DNA of 32,000 nt, taken from the NCBI RefSeq assembly GCF_001457595.1, contig NZ_LN831039.1, forward strand, positions 1,800,001 through 1,832,000, given 5' to 3'. Source of the DNA: Mycolicibacterium smegmatis. Its GTDB lineage: Bacteria; Actinomycetota; Actinomycetes; Mycobacteriales; Mycobacteriaceae. The position numbers were made by a program, and so were the translations under genes. The notes below the pieces were generated by a model. The model was given only the letters and a program-made list of their open reading frames with translations, was not told the origin of the DNA and made no database searches. Of this stretch, positions 8,558-17,600 are shown piece by piece. Positions within the stretch are counted from its first letter, which is position 1. Each line of letters starts with the position of its first letter.

Positions 8558-10336
8558 ATGGCCCGCGTGGGTCGCGAAGAGATAGCCGATCGGATACGTA
8601 CCGTGCTGCGGCCGGTGGCGACGGTTTCCGCCGGTGCCGCGCTGGTGTTGCTGGTGTGGGCGGCCCTGCTGGGTCTGTGGAGCCGGCTGGTCTCGCCGCG
8701 CAGCATGGCCGAGCAGGACTGGTACCCCACCGGGCTGCACCGCTGGGGCGAGTCGCTGCCCAACGGTCTGGCGATTGCGACGACGGGGGTGGCGCTTGTC
8801 CTGCTCGGCGCCATCGCCTACAGCATCCGTCGAGGTCGCACGGATGGTTACCGGCCCGCCGCACCCGCGGTGTGGGCGGCGGTTCTGGCGTTGCTGTTCT
8901 TCGCGTTCTTCACGCGCGGCATCCCCGAGTACTACAGCGTGGTGATGGGCAACTACCCGGTGACCACCGCGCTGCCGTTCGGCGTCACGGCGTGGTTCCT
9001 CAGCGTCGCGGGCGCGGTTGCCACGTTGCTGGGCGCGGGTGCGTTCTGGCGGTTGCGGCGCGAGCATGTGCGGCTGGTGGCCGTGGGTGCGGTGATCGCC
9101 GTCGTCGCGGCCGCGGGTGTGACCGTCGGCGCATTGCGATCCGGTGACGACGGGCGGTTCGTCGACGCAACCCGCGCGCCCGGTGCCCCGGGGGACAGCG
9201 CTCCCGCGTTTCCCGGCGAACTGGGAACACGCTCGTTCACCGTGAGCGTCCCCGACGCGTTCACCGACAACCCGGCGCAGCCGGTCTACTCCATCGCCCC
9301 GGGTGGTCAGGGGTTCGTGGTCTACCACGCCGGTCGCGTGACGGCCTACGGCGCCGACGGCGCCGAGCGCTGGCACTACAACCGCACCGGACCGGGCGGG
9401 GTCTCGGTCGCCGGCATGCGGGTGTTCGACGACGGCCAGACGGTGGTGATGTTCGTCGACGACGCGCTTGTGGCCCTCGACGCCACGACCGGTGAACAGT
9501 TGTGGTCGAGCATGGACCCCGGGCTGGTGTACGCGGTGTCGCAGCAGTCGGGCTTCAACCTGGACTCGCCGTTCGCGATCGTCCGCGAGGCCGCGGCGTG
9601 GACGCGCTACGACACGCGCACCGGCACGCGGATGTGGACCGTGCCGGTCCCCGACGAGCGGTGCGAGTACCCGCCGCGCGAGGCGGACACCCGCAACTGG
9701 GTGGTGACGGTGTCGCGCTGCCGGTCCGGGGAGGACGTGGGCATCCGCGTCTACGTGCTGGATCCCGAGACCGGCCAGATCCGCTCGGACCGCGAGATCA
9801 TGCGTGGCGGTGAGGATCTGATGGCCATCGCCACCCCGGCCAACGACGACGGAATCTTCATGCAGTTCGCGGGCGCCGGCGCTCCCGCATCGGCGTTGTC
9901 GGCCATGTCGTACGTCAACGTCGCCGACGACACCGTCACCGCGCTGCCCGAGGAGTTCGCGGGCGAACCGTCGTTCGGTCCGTCCGGGGACTTCCTGGCG
10001 ACCGGGCCGCGGGGGCGGGAGGTCACCCGCTTCGGCGTCGACGGCAGGCGACTCTGCACGGTCACCGACGACGTCCGCGGCGCCCGCACCGAGGTGCCCG
10101 GCGAGGGACGCGGGCTGGCCTATGCGTCGTTCGACTCCGGCTTCGTCATCGCCGACCGGCTGGGTGGCCTGCGCACCTTCGACGCGACGTGTGCGCAGAC
10201 GGGAGGGATCCCGGAGGCCGCTGCCGATATCGCGACCGATGTCGCGGTCAGCGGATTCCTGCCGGTTCCCGGTGCGGTGCTGGTGCTGCGGCGCGACGGT
10301 TCCGCGCTGCAGATCGACGGTTACACGGCAGGCTGA
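8558..10336 (+). CDS. Membrane-anchored PQQ-like beta-propeller protein, function unknown
   Basis: Several N-terminal TM helices, then repeats such as GFVVYHAGRVTAYGADGAERWHYNRTGPGG, DALVALDATTGEQLWSSMD, RYDTRTGTRMWTVPVP. Start MARVGREEIAD at ATG 8558 (an in-frame GTG at 8552 is also possible). Confidence 0.75.
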   Translation: MARVGREEIADRIRTVLRPVATVSAGAALVLLVWAALLGLWSRLVSPRSMAEQDWYPTGLHRWGESLPNGLAIATTGVALVLLGAIAYSIRRGRTDGYRPAAPAVWAAVLALLFFAFFTRGIPEYYSVVMGNYPVTTALPFGVTAWFLSVAGAVATLLGAGAFWRLRREHVRLVAVGAVIAVVAAAGVTVGALRSGDDGRFVDATRAPGAPGDSAPAFPGELGTRSFTVSVPDAFTDNPAQPVYSIAPGGQGFVVYHAGRVTAYGADGAERWHYNRTGPGGVSVAGMRVFDDGQTVVMFVDDALVALDATTGEQLWSSMDPGLVYAVSQQSGFNLDSPFAIVREAAAWTRYDTRTGTRMWTVPVPDERCEYPPREADTRNWVVTVSRCRSGEDVGIRVYVLDPETGQIRSDREIMRGGEDLMAIATPANDDGIFMQFAGAGAPASALSAMSYVNVADDTVTALPEEFAGEPSFGPSGDFLATGPRGREVTRFGVDGRRLCTVTDDVRGARTEVPGEGRGLAYASFDSGFVIADRLGGLRTFDATCAQTGGIPEAAADIATDVAVSGFLPVPGAVLVLRRDGSALQIDGYTAG

Positions 10337-10340
10337 GCGC

Positions 10341-11246
10341 TCACGCGGCCGGCGTCGGGTCGGCCAGGGTGGGCACGGCCGCGGCGGGGTAGCGGTCGTC
10401 GAAATCCCAGACGTCCCAGGTCTGTACGCCCCAGAAGATGCCGAACAGCACGATGAGCACGATCTCGACCGTGAGCACTCCGTAGGGGACGTGGGCGAAC
10501 AGGAACACGACCGACAGCACCACGGTCGCCAGCATCAGCGCCGCGATCGTGGCGTAGAACCGCGCGCGGTGCGGGCGCACCGCGGCCCGCGCGTAGCACG
10601 CGTGGTACACGGCCACGAGCGTGATGGCCAGGAACATCGCCGACGCGGCGAATGCGTGCGCGCGCACCGCAAACCAGTCCCACAACATCAGGAACGCGCC
10701 GAGGAACGCGACCACCAACAGGCCCGCGGGAAGCCACTTCTCGATGCTCAGCAGCACGGTGGCGACGTGCTTCCACGGCGTGGCCGCCTCGGCGCAGGCA
10801 CGCGGGGACGCCGTCGGGTGCGGCTGTTCGCGGCGTCGGTGCTGCAGGCCCAGATACAACGCCGCGCCCGCGGCCGTCGCGACGAACAACGCCGTGATGT
10901 TGTTGGCCACCGCTCCGAACGGATCGGCCTCGGTGGGCAGCCACGGCCGGCACAGCCCTTCGGCGTCGGCCGGGATCAGCGCCACGACGAACGCCATGAA
11001 CCCGGAGAAGTTCAGCAGCGCGTCCTCGCCGATGCGGCTGCCCTTGTAGGCGATCAGGCACACGCCCATGGCCGCGAGCGCGGCCACGAACACTGTGTGC
11101 GTGCGCGTGTAGAAGAACGCGCTGATCGATCCCTGCGGGCAGCTCTGCCACCACGTGATGCCCAGCGACACGAGCAGGAACACCGCGAGCGCCACGAGGC
11201 TGACGCGAACGTAGCGGTAGGTGACCTCCGGATCGCTGGGCCGCAT
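10341..11246 (-). CDS. Polytopic membrane protein, function unknown
   Basis: MRPSDPEVTYRYVRVSLVALAVFLLVSLGITWWQS...; at least six hydrophobic segments, start at ATG 11246. Confidence 0.7.
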   Translation of the reverse strand: MRPSDPEVTYRYVRVSLVALAVFLLVSLGITWWQSCPQGSISAFFYTRTHTVFVAALAAMGVCLIAYKGSRIGEDALLNFSGFMAFVVALIPADAEGLCRPWLPTEADPFGAVANNITALFVATAAGAALYLGLQHRRREQPHPTASPRACAEAATPWKHVATVLLSIEKWLPAGLLVVAFLGAFLMLWDWFAVRAHAFAASAMFLAITLVAVYHACYARAAVRPHRARFYATIAALMLATVVLSVVFLFAHVPYGVLTVEIVLIVLFGIFWGVQTWDVWDFDDRYPAAAVPTLADPTPAA

Positions 11247-11251
11247 GGCCG

Positions 11252-12472
11252 TCAGCGTACGAGGGCGTCCGGTGCTCCGGTGAGAACGCAGTGGGTGTGG
11301 GTGTAGATCGTCGGCATGCACTTGTTGCAGTGCGTGCACAGCGATCTCACCGAGTGTGCGTCGCCGTCGGCCTTGATCCGGTTGATCAGATCCGGTTCGG
11401 CCAGCAGCGCGCGGCCCATCGCGACGAACTCGAACCCCTCGGCCATGGCCTGATCCATGGTGTCGCGGTTGGTGATGCCGCCGAGCAGGATCAGCGGCAG
11501 CTTCAGCTCGGCGCGGAACTGCTTGGCCTCCCGCAGCAGATACGCCTCGCGGTAGGGGTATTCGCGCAGAAAACCCTTGCCCACGGTCCGCATGCCCCAG
11601 CTGATCGGCGGCTTGAACGCCCCGGCGAACTCCTTGACCGGTGCGTCGCCACGGAACAGGTACATCGGGTTGACCAGCGAGCTGCCCGCGGTCAGCTCGA
11701 TCGCGTCGAGCCCGCCGTCCTCCTCGAGCCACTTGGCGGTCTGCAGCGACTCCTCCAGCGAGATGCCGCCGCGGATGCCGTCGCTCATGTTCAGCTTGGC
11801 CGTCACCGCGATCGTGCCGCCGGCCTTGTCGACCGCGTCGCGCACCGCGCGCACCACGCCGCGGGCCACCTTGGCGCGGTTCTCCAGCGAGCCGCCGAAC
11901 TCGTCGATGCGACGGTTGATCAGCGGGCTCAGGAACGAACTCGCGAGATAGTTGTGGCCCAGGTGGATCTCGACGGCGTCGAACCCGGAATCGATGGCCA
12001 GCCGCGCGGCGTTGGCGTGCGCTGCCGTCACCTCCCGGATGTCGTCGATCGTGGCTTTCTTGGCGAAGCGCATCGACAGCGGGTTGAAGAACCGCACCGG
12101 CGCCAGCGCCTTGGCCTTGTTGGTCCTGGCGTTCGCCACCGGCCCGGCATGCCCGATCTGCGCGCTGATCGCGGCACCTTCGGCGTGTACGGCCTCGGTG
12201 AGCTTCTGCAGGCCCGGCACGGCCTCCGGGCGCATCCAGATCTGCCAGCCGTCGGTGCGCCCGCCCGGTGCCACGGCGCAGTAGGCCACCGTGGTCATGC
12301 CGACGCCGCCTGCCGCGGGCAGCCGGTGGTAGTTGATCAGGTCCTCGGTGACCAGGGCGTCCGGTGTCGAGGCCTCGAACGTGGCGGCCTTGATGATCCG
12401 GTTCCGCAGGGTGATGGGCCCGAGCTTCGCCTCACTGAAAACATCAGTGAACACATTGGGCTGAGTGTTCAT
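11252..12472 (-). CDS. NADH:flavin oxidoreductase / Old Yellow Enzyme family (Rv3359-like)
   Basis: [97 protein letters not shown]; Cys-rich C-terminus [11 protein letters not shown]. Confidence 0.92.
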   Translation of the reverse strand: MNTQPNVFTDVFSEAKLGPITLRNRIIKAATFEASTPDALVTEDLINYHRLPAAGGVGMTTVAYCAVAPGGRTDGWQIWMRPEAVPGLQKLTEAVHAEGAAISAQIGHAGPVANARTNKAKALAPVRFFNPLSMRFAKKATIDDIREVTAAHANAARLAIDSGFDAVEIHLGHNYLASSFLSPLINRRIDEFGGSLENRAKVARGVVRAVRDAVDKAGGTIAVTAKLNMSDGIRGGISLEESLQTAKWLEEDGGLDAIELTAGSSLVNPMYLFRGDAPVKEFAGAFKPPISWGMRTVGKGFLREYPYREAYLLREAKQFRAELKLPLILLGGITNRDTMDQAMAEGFEFVAMGRALLAEPDLINRIKADGDAHSVRSLCTHCNKCMPTIYTHTHCVLTGAPDALVR

Positions 12473-12490
12473 ACCGTGGAGCTTGCCACA

Positions 12491-12509
12491 GGTCCGGTTG
12501 CTGCGGACC
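12491..12509. promoter_or_regulatory. Inverted repeat GGTCCG-N7-CGGACC in the divergent oxidoreductase/folD promoter region
   Basis: Perfect 6-bp arms at 12491-12496 and 12504-12509. Confidence 0.3.
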
Positions 12510-12543
12510 GTCGCGGTGCTCGTCTTCGCGAGGTCCTGACACA

Positions 12544-13404
12544 ATGGCAGCCGTGGGTGCGATATCGCTGGACGGGAAGACCACGCGCGACGAGATCTTC
12601 GTCGACCTCAAGGAGCGGGTGGCGGCGCTGACCGCCGCGGGCCGCACACCGGGCCTCGGCACGGTCCTGGTCGGTGACGACCCCGGCTCACAGGCGTACG
12701 TGCGCGGCAAGCACGCCGACTGCGCCAAGGTGGGCATCAACTCGATCCGGCGCGACCTGCCCGCCGACATCACCACCGAACAGCTCAACGAGACCATCGA
12801 CGAGCTCAACGCCAACCCCGACTGCACGGGCTACATCGTGCAGCTGCCGCTGCCCAAGCATCTCGACGAGAACGCGGCGCTCGAGCGCATCGACCCGGCC
12901 AAGGACGCCGACGGTCTGCACCCCACCAACCTCGGGCGCCTCGTGCTGGGCAAGCAGGCCGCGTTGCCGTGCACGCCGCGGGGCATCGTGCACCTGCTGC
13001 GCCGCTTCGACGTGCCGATTGCAGGCGCCCACGTGGTGGTCATCGGTCGCGGCGTCACGGTCGGCAGGCCCATGGGCCTGCTGCTCACCAGGCGTTCGGA
13101 GAACGCGACGGTGACGTTGTGCCACACCGGGACCCGTGACCTGCCTGCGCTGACCCGGCAGGCCGACATCATCATCGCGGCTGTCGGTGTGCCGCACATG
13201 GTCACCGCGGACATGGTCAAGCCCGGCGCGGCCGTGGTCGATGTGGGCGTCAGCCGCGTCGACGGCAAGCTCACCGGTGACGTCGCCCCCGGCGTGTGGG
13301 AGGTGGCCGGTCACGTGTCGCCCAACCCCGGTGGCGTGGGCCCGTTGACCCGCGCCTTCCTGCTGACCAACGTCGTCGAAGCCGAAGAGTCGAAACTGGC
13401 GTGA
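12544..13404 (+). CDS. folD: Bifunctional methylenetetrahydrofolate dehydrogenase / methenyltetrahydrofolate cyclohydrolase
   Basis: [82 protein letters not shown]. Confidence 0.97.
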   Translation: MAAVGAISLDGKTTRDEIFVDLKERVAALTAAGRTPGLGTVLVGDDPGSQAYVRGKHADCAKVGINSIRRDLPADITTEQLNETIDELNANPDCTGYIVQLPLPKHLDENAALERIDPAKDADGLHPTNLGRLVLGKQAALPCTPRGIVHLLRRFDVPIAGAHVVVIGRGVTVGRPMGLLLTRRSENATVTLCHTGTRDLPALTRQADIIIAAVGVPHMVTADMVKPGAAVVDVGVSRVDGKLTGDVAPGVWEVAGHVSPNPGGVGPLTRAFLLTNVVEAEESKLA

Positions 13405-14471
13405 CGCCAAAGGAATTCGCCCGCAAGGTGTTCGCCGGTCAATGGCCGATCCTGGTGGTCGGCCTGATCTTCATCGCGGCGTTCGCCCTGGTGGTGGCGG
13501 GTTACTGGCGGCGCGGTGCGCTGGTCATCGGGATCGGCGTCGGCGTCGCGGCCGCGCTGCGGTTGGCGCTGACCGACGACCGGGCCGGTCTGCTTGTGGT
13601 GCGTAGCCGGGCGATCGACTTCGCCACCACGGCGACGGTGAGCGCGGCCGTGCTGTACATCGCGTGGACGATCGACCCGTTGGGCACCAGTTAGACGCGT
13701 CTGCTCGAACAGCGCCGCCCACTGCGCCGCGGACAACTGGCGGGGCAGGGAGTTCGGTGCTATCCCGTTGGCCCGCAACCAAGTGCGGGGCACCGGCGTG
13801 GGCAACCGTTGCAGGATCTGCGCCATGCCGTGTCCGCGTCCGGTGAACACGCGGTGCACCAGCGCCTGGTAACGCGCCCGGTCCGCGACGTCGACCAGCG
13901 GCCGGCTGCGGCGCGTGATGGTGAGCAGTCCGGCGTCGACCGCGGGCCGCGGCGTGAAGCTCGCCGCGGAAACCTTTCGGGCAAGGCCGAATTCGAACCA
14001 CGGCCACCACTGGGAGGTCATCATGGTGGCGCCGCCCACCGCGGCGCGTCGGCGGGCCACCTCCCACTGCATGAGCAGCACGGCCGTGGTCCAGCCCGGA
14101 CCGTGCAGCAGTCGCCGCAGGATCGCGGTGGTGAGGTGGAACGGCAGGTTGCCCACGACCACGTGGGGTGAGCGGGGCAGTGGGTAGCGCAGGAAGTCGG
14201 CGGCGACGACCTCGGTGGGCCGCGAGGCAGGCCCCGGGGCGGATCTCGCGGTGCGCTGCGCCAACCGCCGCGCGCGCCGCGCGTCGACCTCGACGGCGGT
14301 GAGCGGGCGGGCGAGTCGTTGCAAGGGTATGGTCAGCGCGCCGTCGCCCGCCCCGATCTCGATGATCGGACCGTTTGTGCGCGAGACGATTTCGACGATA
14401 TCGGCGATGACGCGCCGATCGGACAGGAAGTTCTGGCCGAGCTCGTGCCGGCCGTGATGTGGTGTGGACAC
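13311..14471 (-). CDS. erm(38): 23S rRNA adenine-N6-methyltransferase (macrolide-lincosamide resistance), Erm(38)-type, 386 aa
   Basis: [63 protein letters not shown]..., [18 protein letters not shown]; GTG start at 14471 preceded by GGAGAACC. Confidence 0.95.
   Translation of the reverse strand: MSTPHHGRHELGQNFLSDRRVIADIVEIVSRTNGPIIEIGAGDGALTIPLQRLARPLTAVEVDARRARRLAQRTARSAPGPASRPTEVVAADFLRYPLPRSPHVVVGNLPFHLTTAILRRLLHGPGWTTAVLLMQWEVARRRAAVGGATMMTSQWWPWFEFGLARKVSAASFTPRPAVDAGLLTITRRSRPLVDVADRARYQALVHRVFTGRGHGMAQILQRLPTPVPRTWLRANGIAPNSLPRQLSAAQWAALFEQTRLTGAQRVDRPRDVQHGRAHRRRGGEVDRPATHHKQTGPVVGQRQPQRGRDADADPDDQRTAPPVTRHHQGERRDEDQADHQDRPLTGEHLAGEFLWRHASFDSSASTTLVSRKARVNGPTPPGLGDT
13401..13694 (+). 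CDS. DUF3017 family small membrane protein (Rv3355c-like)
   Basis: [94 protein letters not shown]; GTGA overlap with folD stop. Confidence 0.85.
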   Translation: MTPKEFARKVFAGQWPILVVGLIFIAAFALVVAGYWRRGALVIGIGVGVAAALRLALTDDRAGLLVVRSRAIDFATTATVSAAVLYIAWTIDPLGTS

Positions 14472-14503
14472 GGTTCTCCGCGATCGCAGGGGCAAGGGCT
14501 GCG

Positions 14504-14534
14504 GCGGCGGAAGTGTCTGACGCAGATCCGCCGC
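14504..14534 (-). promoter_or_regulatory. Attenuator-like hairpin immediately downstream of the leader peptide stop codon of erm(38)
   Basis: Minus strand GCGGCGGA TCTG CGT CAGA CACT TCCGCCGC: 8-bp GC-rich perfect outer stem plus 4-bp inner stem; the 5' arm can alternatively pair with CCGCC just upstream (CCGCC-TAGC-GGCGG). Confidence 0.6.
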
Positions 14535-14593
14535 TAGGCGGTGCGGGGCCGGATGAAGGCCGCGACCGGGGCGGCCATCGAAGTGATCGACAT
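14534..14593 (-). CDS. Putative leader peptide of erm(38), MSITSMAAPVAAFIRPRTA (19 aa)
   Basis: ATG at 14593, TAG at 14536-14534; contains Arg-Pro-Arg (+X+) stall-type motif; begins about 7 nt after a -10-like TACCCT; lies between promoter and erm(38). Confidence 0.6.
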   Translation of the reverse strand: MSITSMAAPVAAFIRPRTA

Positions 14594-14600
14594 GACGGCC

Positions 14601-14640
14601 AGGGTAGGGACGGCGCACAGCGAGGCTCAAGCGAATTTTT
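14601..14640 (-). promoter_or_regulatory. Candidate WhiB7-dependent sigma-A promoter for erm(38)
   Basis: Minus strand AAAAATT-CGC-TTGAGC-N18-TACCCT: AT-rich block 3 bp upstream of the -35-like hexamer. Confidence 0.55.
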
Positions 14641-14664
14641 CAGGAAATTGCCTGCTGGGAAATA

Positions 14665-14679
14665 TTGCCCGATGGGCAA
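14665..14679. promoter_or_regulatory. Perfect palindrome TTGCCC-GAT-GGGCAA, candidate operator
   Basis: 6-bp perfect arms in the divergent region between erm(38) and the TetR gene, with another ATTGCC copy just upstream (14648). Confidence 0.5.
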
Positions 14680-14691
14680 CAATTCTTTACG

Positions 14692-15318
14692 GTGGGCGGT
14701 GTGGGGCTCCGTGAACGCAAGAAACTCGACACCCGCAGGGCGCTCAGCGACGCCGCGCTGCACCTGATGTTCAAGCGCGGGGGACTGGAGAACGTGACCC
14801 GCGAGGACATCGCGGCCATGGCAGGCGTGTCGGTGCGGACGTTCAACAACTACTTCACCGGCAAGTACGAGGCGCTGGCGTACCGGCAGACCGAACGCAT
14901 GCGGCGCAGCATCGAACTCCTGCGGGAACGTCCCGCCGACGAACCGCTGTGGACCGCGATCACCGAGGCCGTGATCGCGCCGCTGCAAGAGGATATGGAT
15001 GACGTGTACGGCCAGGAGAACGCACTGCCCACACGTCGGCAACTCGTCGAGGTCCGCAAGATCCTGACGATCCCGCAGATCCGCGACGTCACCTTCAGGG
15101 GAATGTTCGACGAGTGGGTCGCGGTGATCGCCGAACGCACCGGCACCGACCCCGGCGACCGCTACCCGCGTCTGGTGGCCGCGGTGGTGCGCGCCGTGGG
15201 CGACGTCGCCATGGACGAGTACGCAGGCGCTGACCCACCGGTGTCGTTTCCGTCGTTACTCCGTGAGGGTTTCGCGGCAGTCGCCGCGGGACTTCCCGAA
15301 CCGAAGGCACGAGTATGA
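14692..15318 (+). CDS. TetR/AcrR family transcriptional regulator (start uncertain: GTG 14692 or 14701)
   Basis: LRERKKLDTRRALSDAALHLMFKRGGLENVTREDIAAMAGVSVRTFNNYFTGKYEALAYRQ, a typical TetR HTH. Confidence 0.9.
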   Translation: MGGVGLRERKKLDTRRALSDAALHLMFKRGGLENVTREDIAAMAGVSVRTFNNYFTGKYEALAYRQTERMRRSIELLRERPADEPLWTAITEAVIAPLQEDMDDVYGQENALPTRRQLVEVRKILTIPQIRDVTFRGMFDEWVAVIAERTGTDPGDRYPRLVAAVVRAVGDVAMDEYAGADPPVSFPSLLREGFAAVAAGLPEPKARV

Positions 15319-16859
15319 ACAGTTCAACGCACACAGATGTCGTCATCGTCGGGGCCGGGCCCAACGGCCTGCTGCTGGCCGGCGAACTGGCGCTGGCCGG
15401 AGTACGCCCCGTGGTGCTCGAGCGCCTGCCACAGCCCAGTCCCGAGTTGAAGGCCAACGGAATCGTCGGCCAGGTGCACCGGATCCTCGACATGCGGGGC
15501 CTGTACCAGTTGCTGACCGGATCCAGCGCCCCGCCCCAGCCGTTGGACGGCTACATCTTCGCCGGCATGCGCGTGCCGTTCACCGGTGTGGACGACAACC
15601 CGATGTACGGCATGTTCATCAAACAACCGCAGGTCGTGCGCCAACTCGCGGACTGGGTACGGGATCTGGGCGTGGAGATCCGGTGGGGCCACGGACTGGC
15701 CGATATGGCGCCGCGGCCCGACGGGGTGACGCTGAACGTCACCTCACCCACGGGGAATCACCGTCTGCACGCCACATACCTGGTCGGTGCGGACGGTGGG
15801 CGCTCCACGGTCCGCAAGGCCATGGGTGTCGGGTTCCCCGGCGTCACCTCTCCGGTCGTCGCGCGCGTGGCGCATGTCAGCATCCCCGACCGGCTGCGTG
15901 GAAGCGGCGCGTTGGAGGTCCCCGGATTCGGCCGTATCCCGTTCGGCCACAACCGTTTCGACCACGGGGTGTTCATGTACATGGAGTTCGAGCCGGGACG
16001 CCCGCTGGTCGGCACGCTCGAGTACGGCGCGCTGCTGCCCGCTGACGCTCCCGCGGTGACCGTGGACGAACTTCGGGACAGCGTGACGCGCATCCTCGGT
16101 GTCGAGGTGCCGATCGGACCGCCATCCGGGCCAGGGCCACACGCGTTGCGCCGCATCAACGGTCAGAACACCCGCCAGGCCGAGCAATATCGCGTCGGCA
16201 ACGTGTTCCTGATCGGCGACGCGGCGCACGTGCACTCCGCGGTGGGCGGCCCCGGGCTCAACCTCGGGATGCAGGACGCGACGAACCTCGGGTGGAAACT
16301 GGCCGCGGCCGTGCACGGTTGGGCGCCGTCAGGTTTGCTCGACACCTACCACGGTGAGCGGCACCCGGCCGGCGAGCGCGTGCTGATGCAGTCCATGGCG
16401 CAGACCGCGCTGCTGGCCGGCGGACCCGAAGTCGGCGCGCTGCGAACACTTTTCGGTGAGCTGCTCGCCACGACGGACGGTGCGGAACACATTGCGCACG
16501 TGCTCGCCGGTGCCGACGTCCGCTACGACGTGGGGGATGGGCATCCGCTGTCGGGGCGTCTGGTGCCCGAGGTGGTGTTCGACGACGGCCGCAGGCTCGC
16601 CGACCTCATGCGGGCCGCGCGGCCCGTGTTGCTCGATCTCGACGGCGGAGCGTACGCCGCAGCGGCGATCGATTGGCGTGACCGGGTCGACGTCATCACC
16701 GCGGCGGCTGCGGAACGTCCTGCGCCCGCGCTGCTGATCCGTCCGGACGGGTATCTCGCCTGGGCCGCAACGGGGTCGGGCGCCGATGAGCACCAGCGCA
16801 TGCGCCGCGCGCTCGGACGCTGGTTCGGCGAGGCGCACGCCAGCCTCGCGCACGCCTGA
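15315..16859 (+). CDS. FAD-dependent aromatic-ring hydroxylase-type monooxygenase (PheA/TfdB / Rox-like superfamily)
   Basis: DVVIVGAGPNGLLLAGELALAGVRPVVLERLP, ATYLVGADGGRSTVRKAMGVGFPG, NVFLIGDAAHVHSAVGGPGLNLGMQDATNLGWKLAAAVHG; ATGA overlap with the tetR-type gene. Confidence 0.9.
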   Translation: MNSSTHTDVVIVGAGPNGLLLAGELALAGVRPVVLERLPQPSPELKANGIVGQVHRILDMRGLYQLLTGSSAPPQPLDGYIFAGMRVPFTGVDDNPMYGMFIKQPQVVRQLADWVRDLGVEIRWGHGLADMAPRPDGVTLNVTSPTGNHRLHATYLVGADGGRSTVRKAMGVGFPGVTSPVVARVAHVSIPDRLRGSGALEVPGFGRIPFGHNRFDHGVFMYMEFEPGRPLVGTLEYGALLPADAPAVTVDELRDSVTRILGVEVPIGPPSGPGPHALRRINGQNTRQAEQYRVGNVFLIGDAAHVHSAVGGPGLNLGMQDATNLGWKLAAAVHGWAPSGLLDTYHGERHPAGERVLMQSMAQTALLAGGPEVGALRTLFGELLATTDGAEHIAHVLAGADVRYDVGDGHPLSGRLVPEVVFDDGRRLADLMRAARPVLLDLDGGAYAAAAIDWRDRVDVITAAAAERPAPALLIRPDGYLAWAATGSGADEHQRMRRALGRWFGEAHASLAHA

Positions 16860-16862
16860 GAA

Positions 16863-17600
16863 CTAGGCCAGGGTGGCCCGCATGCACACGGTCACGTACG
16901 GCAGCGCCAGGCCGTTCGAGTTGGCCAGGGCCGGGTGGGTGGACAGCAGTTCCCGCACCTGCCCGAGCGTGCGTGTGCGCACCTGCTCGGGTGAGGTGAT
17001 GCAGTAGCTGCGGGAGGCCACCAGGTCGATGAGCGCCTGCGGCGTCAGGTAACTGGTCCACTCGACGTGGTGGCGTTCGAGGTCGGTGAACGGTGCGGGC
17101 AGCGTCACCTCGTGGGCGAACGGGTCCTCGTGACCGATGATGTTGCCCAGGTCCTTGACCCAGCCCAGACGTTCGTCGCGGACGTTCCACACCAGGCCCA
17201 GGCGGCCGCCGGGCCGCAGCACGCGGCTGACCTCCTTGACCGCGAGTTCCGGGTCGAACCAGTGCCACGCCTGCGCCACCAGCACCGCGTCGACGCTGTT
17301 GTCCGGCAACGGGATCTCTTCGGCGGTGCCCAGCAGGGCCGGGGTGTCGGGCAGTGAGTTGGACAGCAACTCGAGCATCTCGGCGAGCGGGTCGACCGCG
17401 ATGACGTTGAGCCCGCGCTCCACCAGGCGCGTGGTGAGTTTGCCGGTGCCCGCCCCCAGGTCCAGCACGTCGTGCGCGCCATCCGGAAGCAGCCAGTCGA
17501 TGGCCTCCGGGGGATAGGAGGGCCTGCCGCGTTCGTAGGCCGCCGCTTCGGAACCGAACGACAGGGAACGTTGCTGCTTCAAGGGGTCGGATGGCGTCAC
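16863..17600 (-). CDS. Class I SAM-dependent methyltransferase (Rv3342-like)
   Basis: [65 protein letters not shown]; GTG start at 17600 overlaps the metX stop (GTGA). Confidence 0.88.
   Translation of the reverse strand: MTPSDPLKQQRSLSFGSEAAAYERGRPSYPPEAIDWLLPDGAHDVLDLGAGTGKLTTRLVERGLNVIAVDPLAEMLELLSNSLPDTPALLGTAEEIPLPDNSVDAVLVAQAWHWFDPELAVKEVSRVLRPGGRLGLVWNVRDERLGWVKDLGNIIGHEDPFAHEVTLPAPFTDLERHHVEWTSYLTPQALIDLVASRSYCITSPEQVRTRTLGQVRELLSTHPALANSNGLALPYVTVCMRATLA

Noticed and set aside
11247-11732. Upstream 162 aa of the 463-aa minus-strand ORF
   Set aside because: Overlaps the OYE gene out of frame; the membrane protein begins at MRPSDPEV (11246).
11291-12631. 446-aa plus-strand ORF
   Set aside because: Antisense to the Old Yellow Enzyme gene; sequence is low-complexity and shows no family motif.
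13525-15042. 505-aa minus-strand ORF
   Set aside because: Out-of-frame relative to Erm and antisense to TetR; no domain signature.
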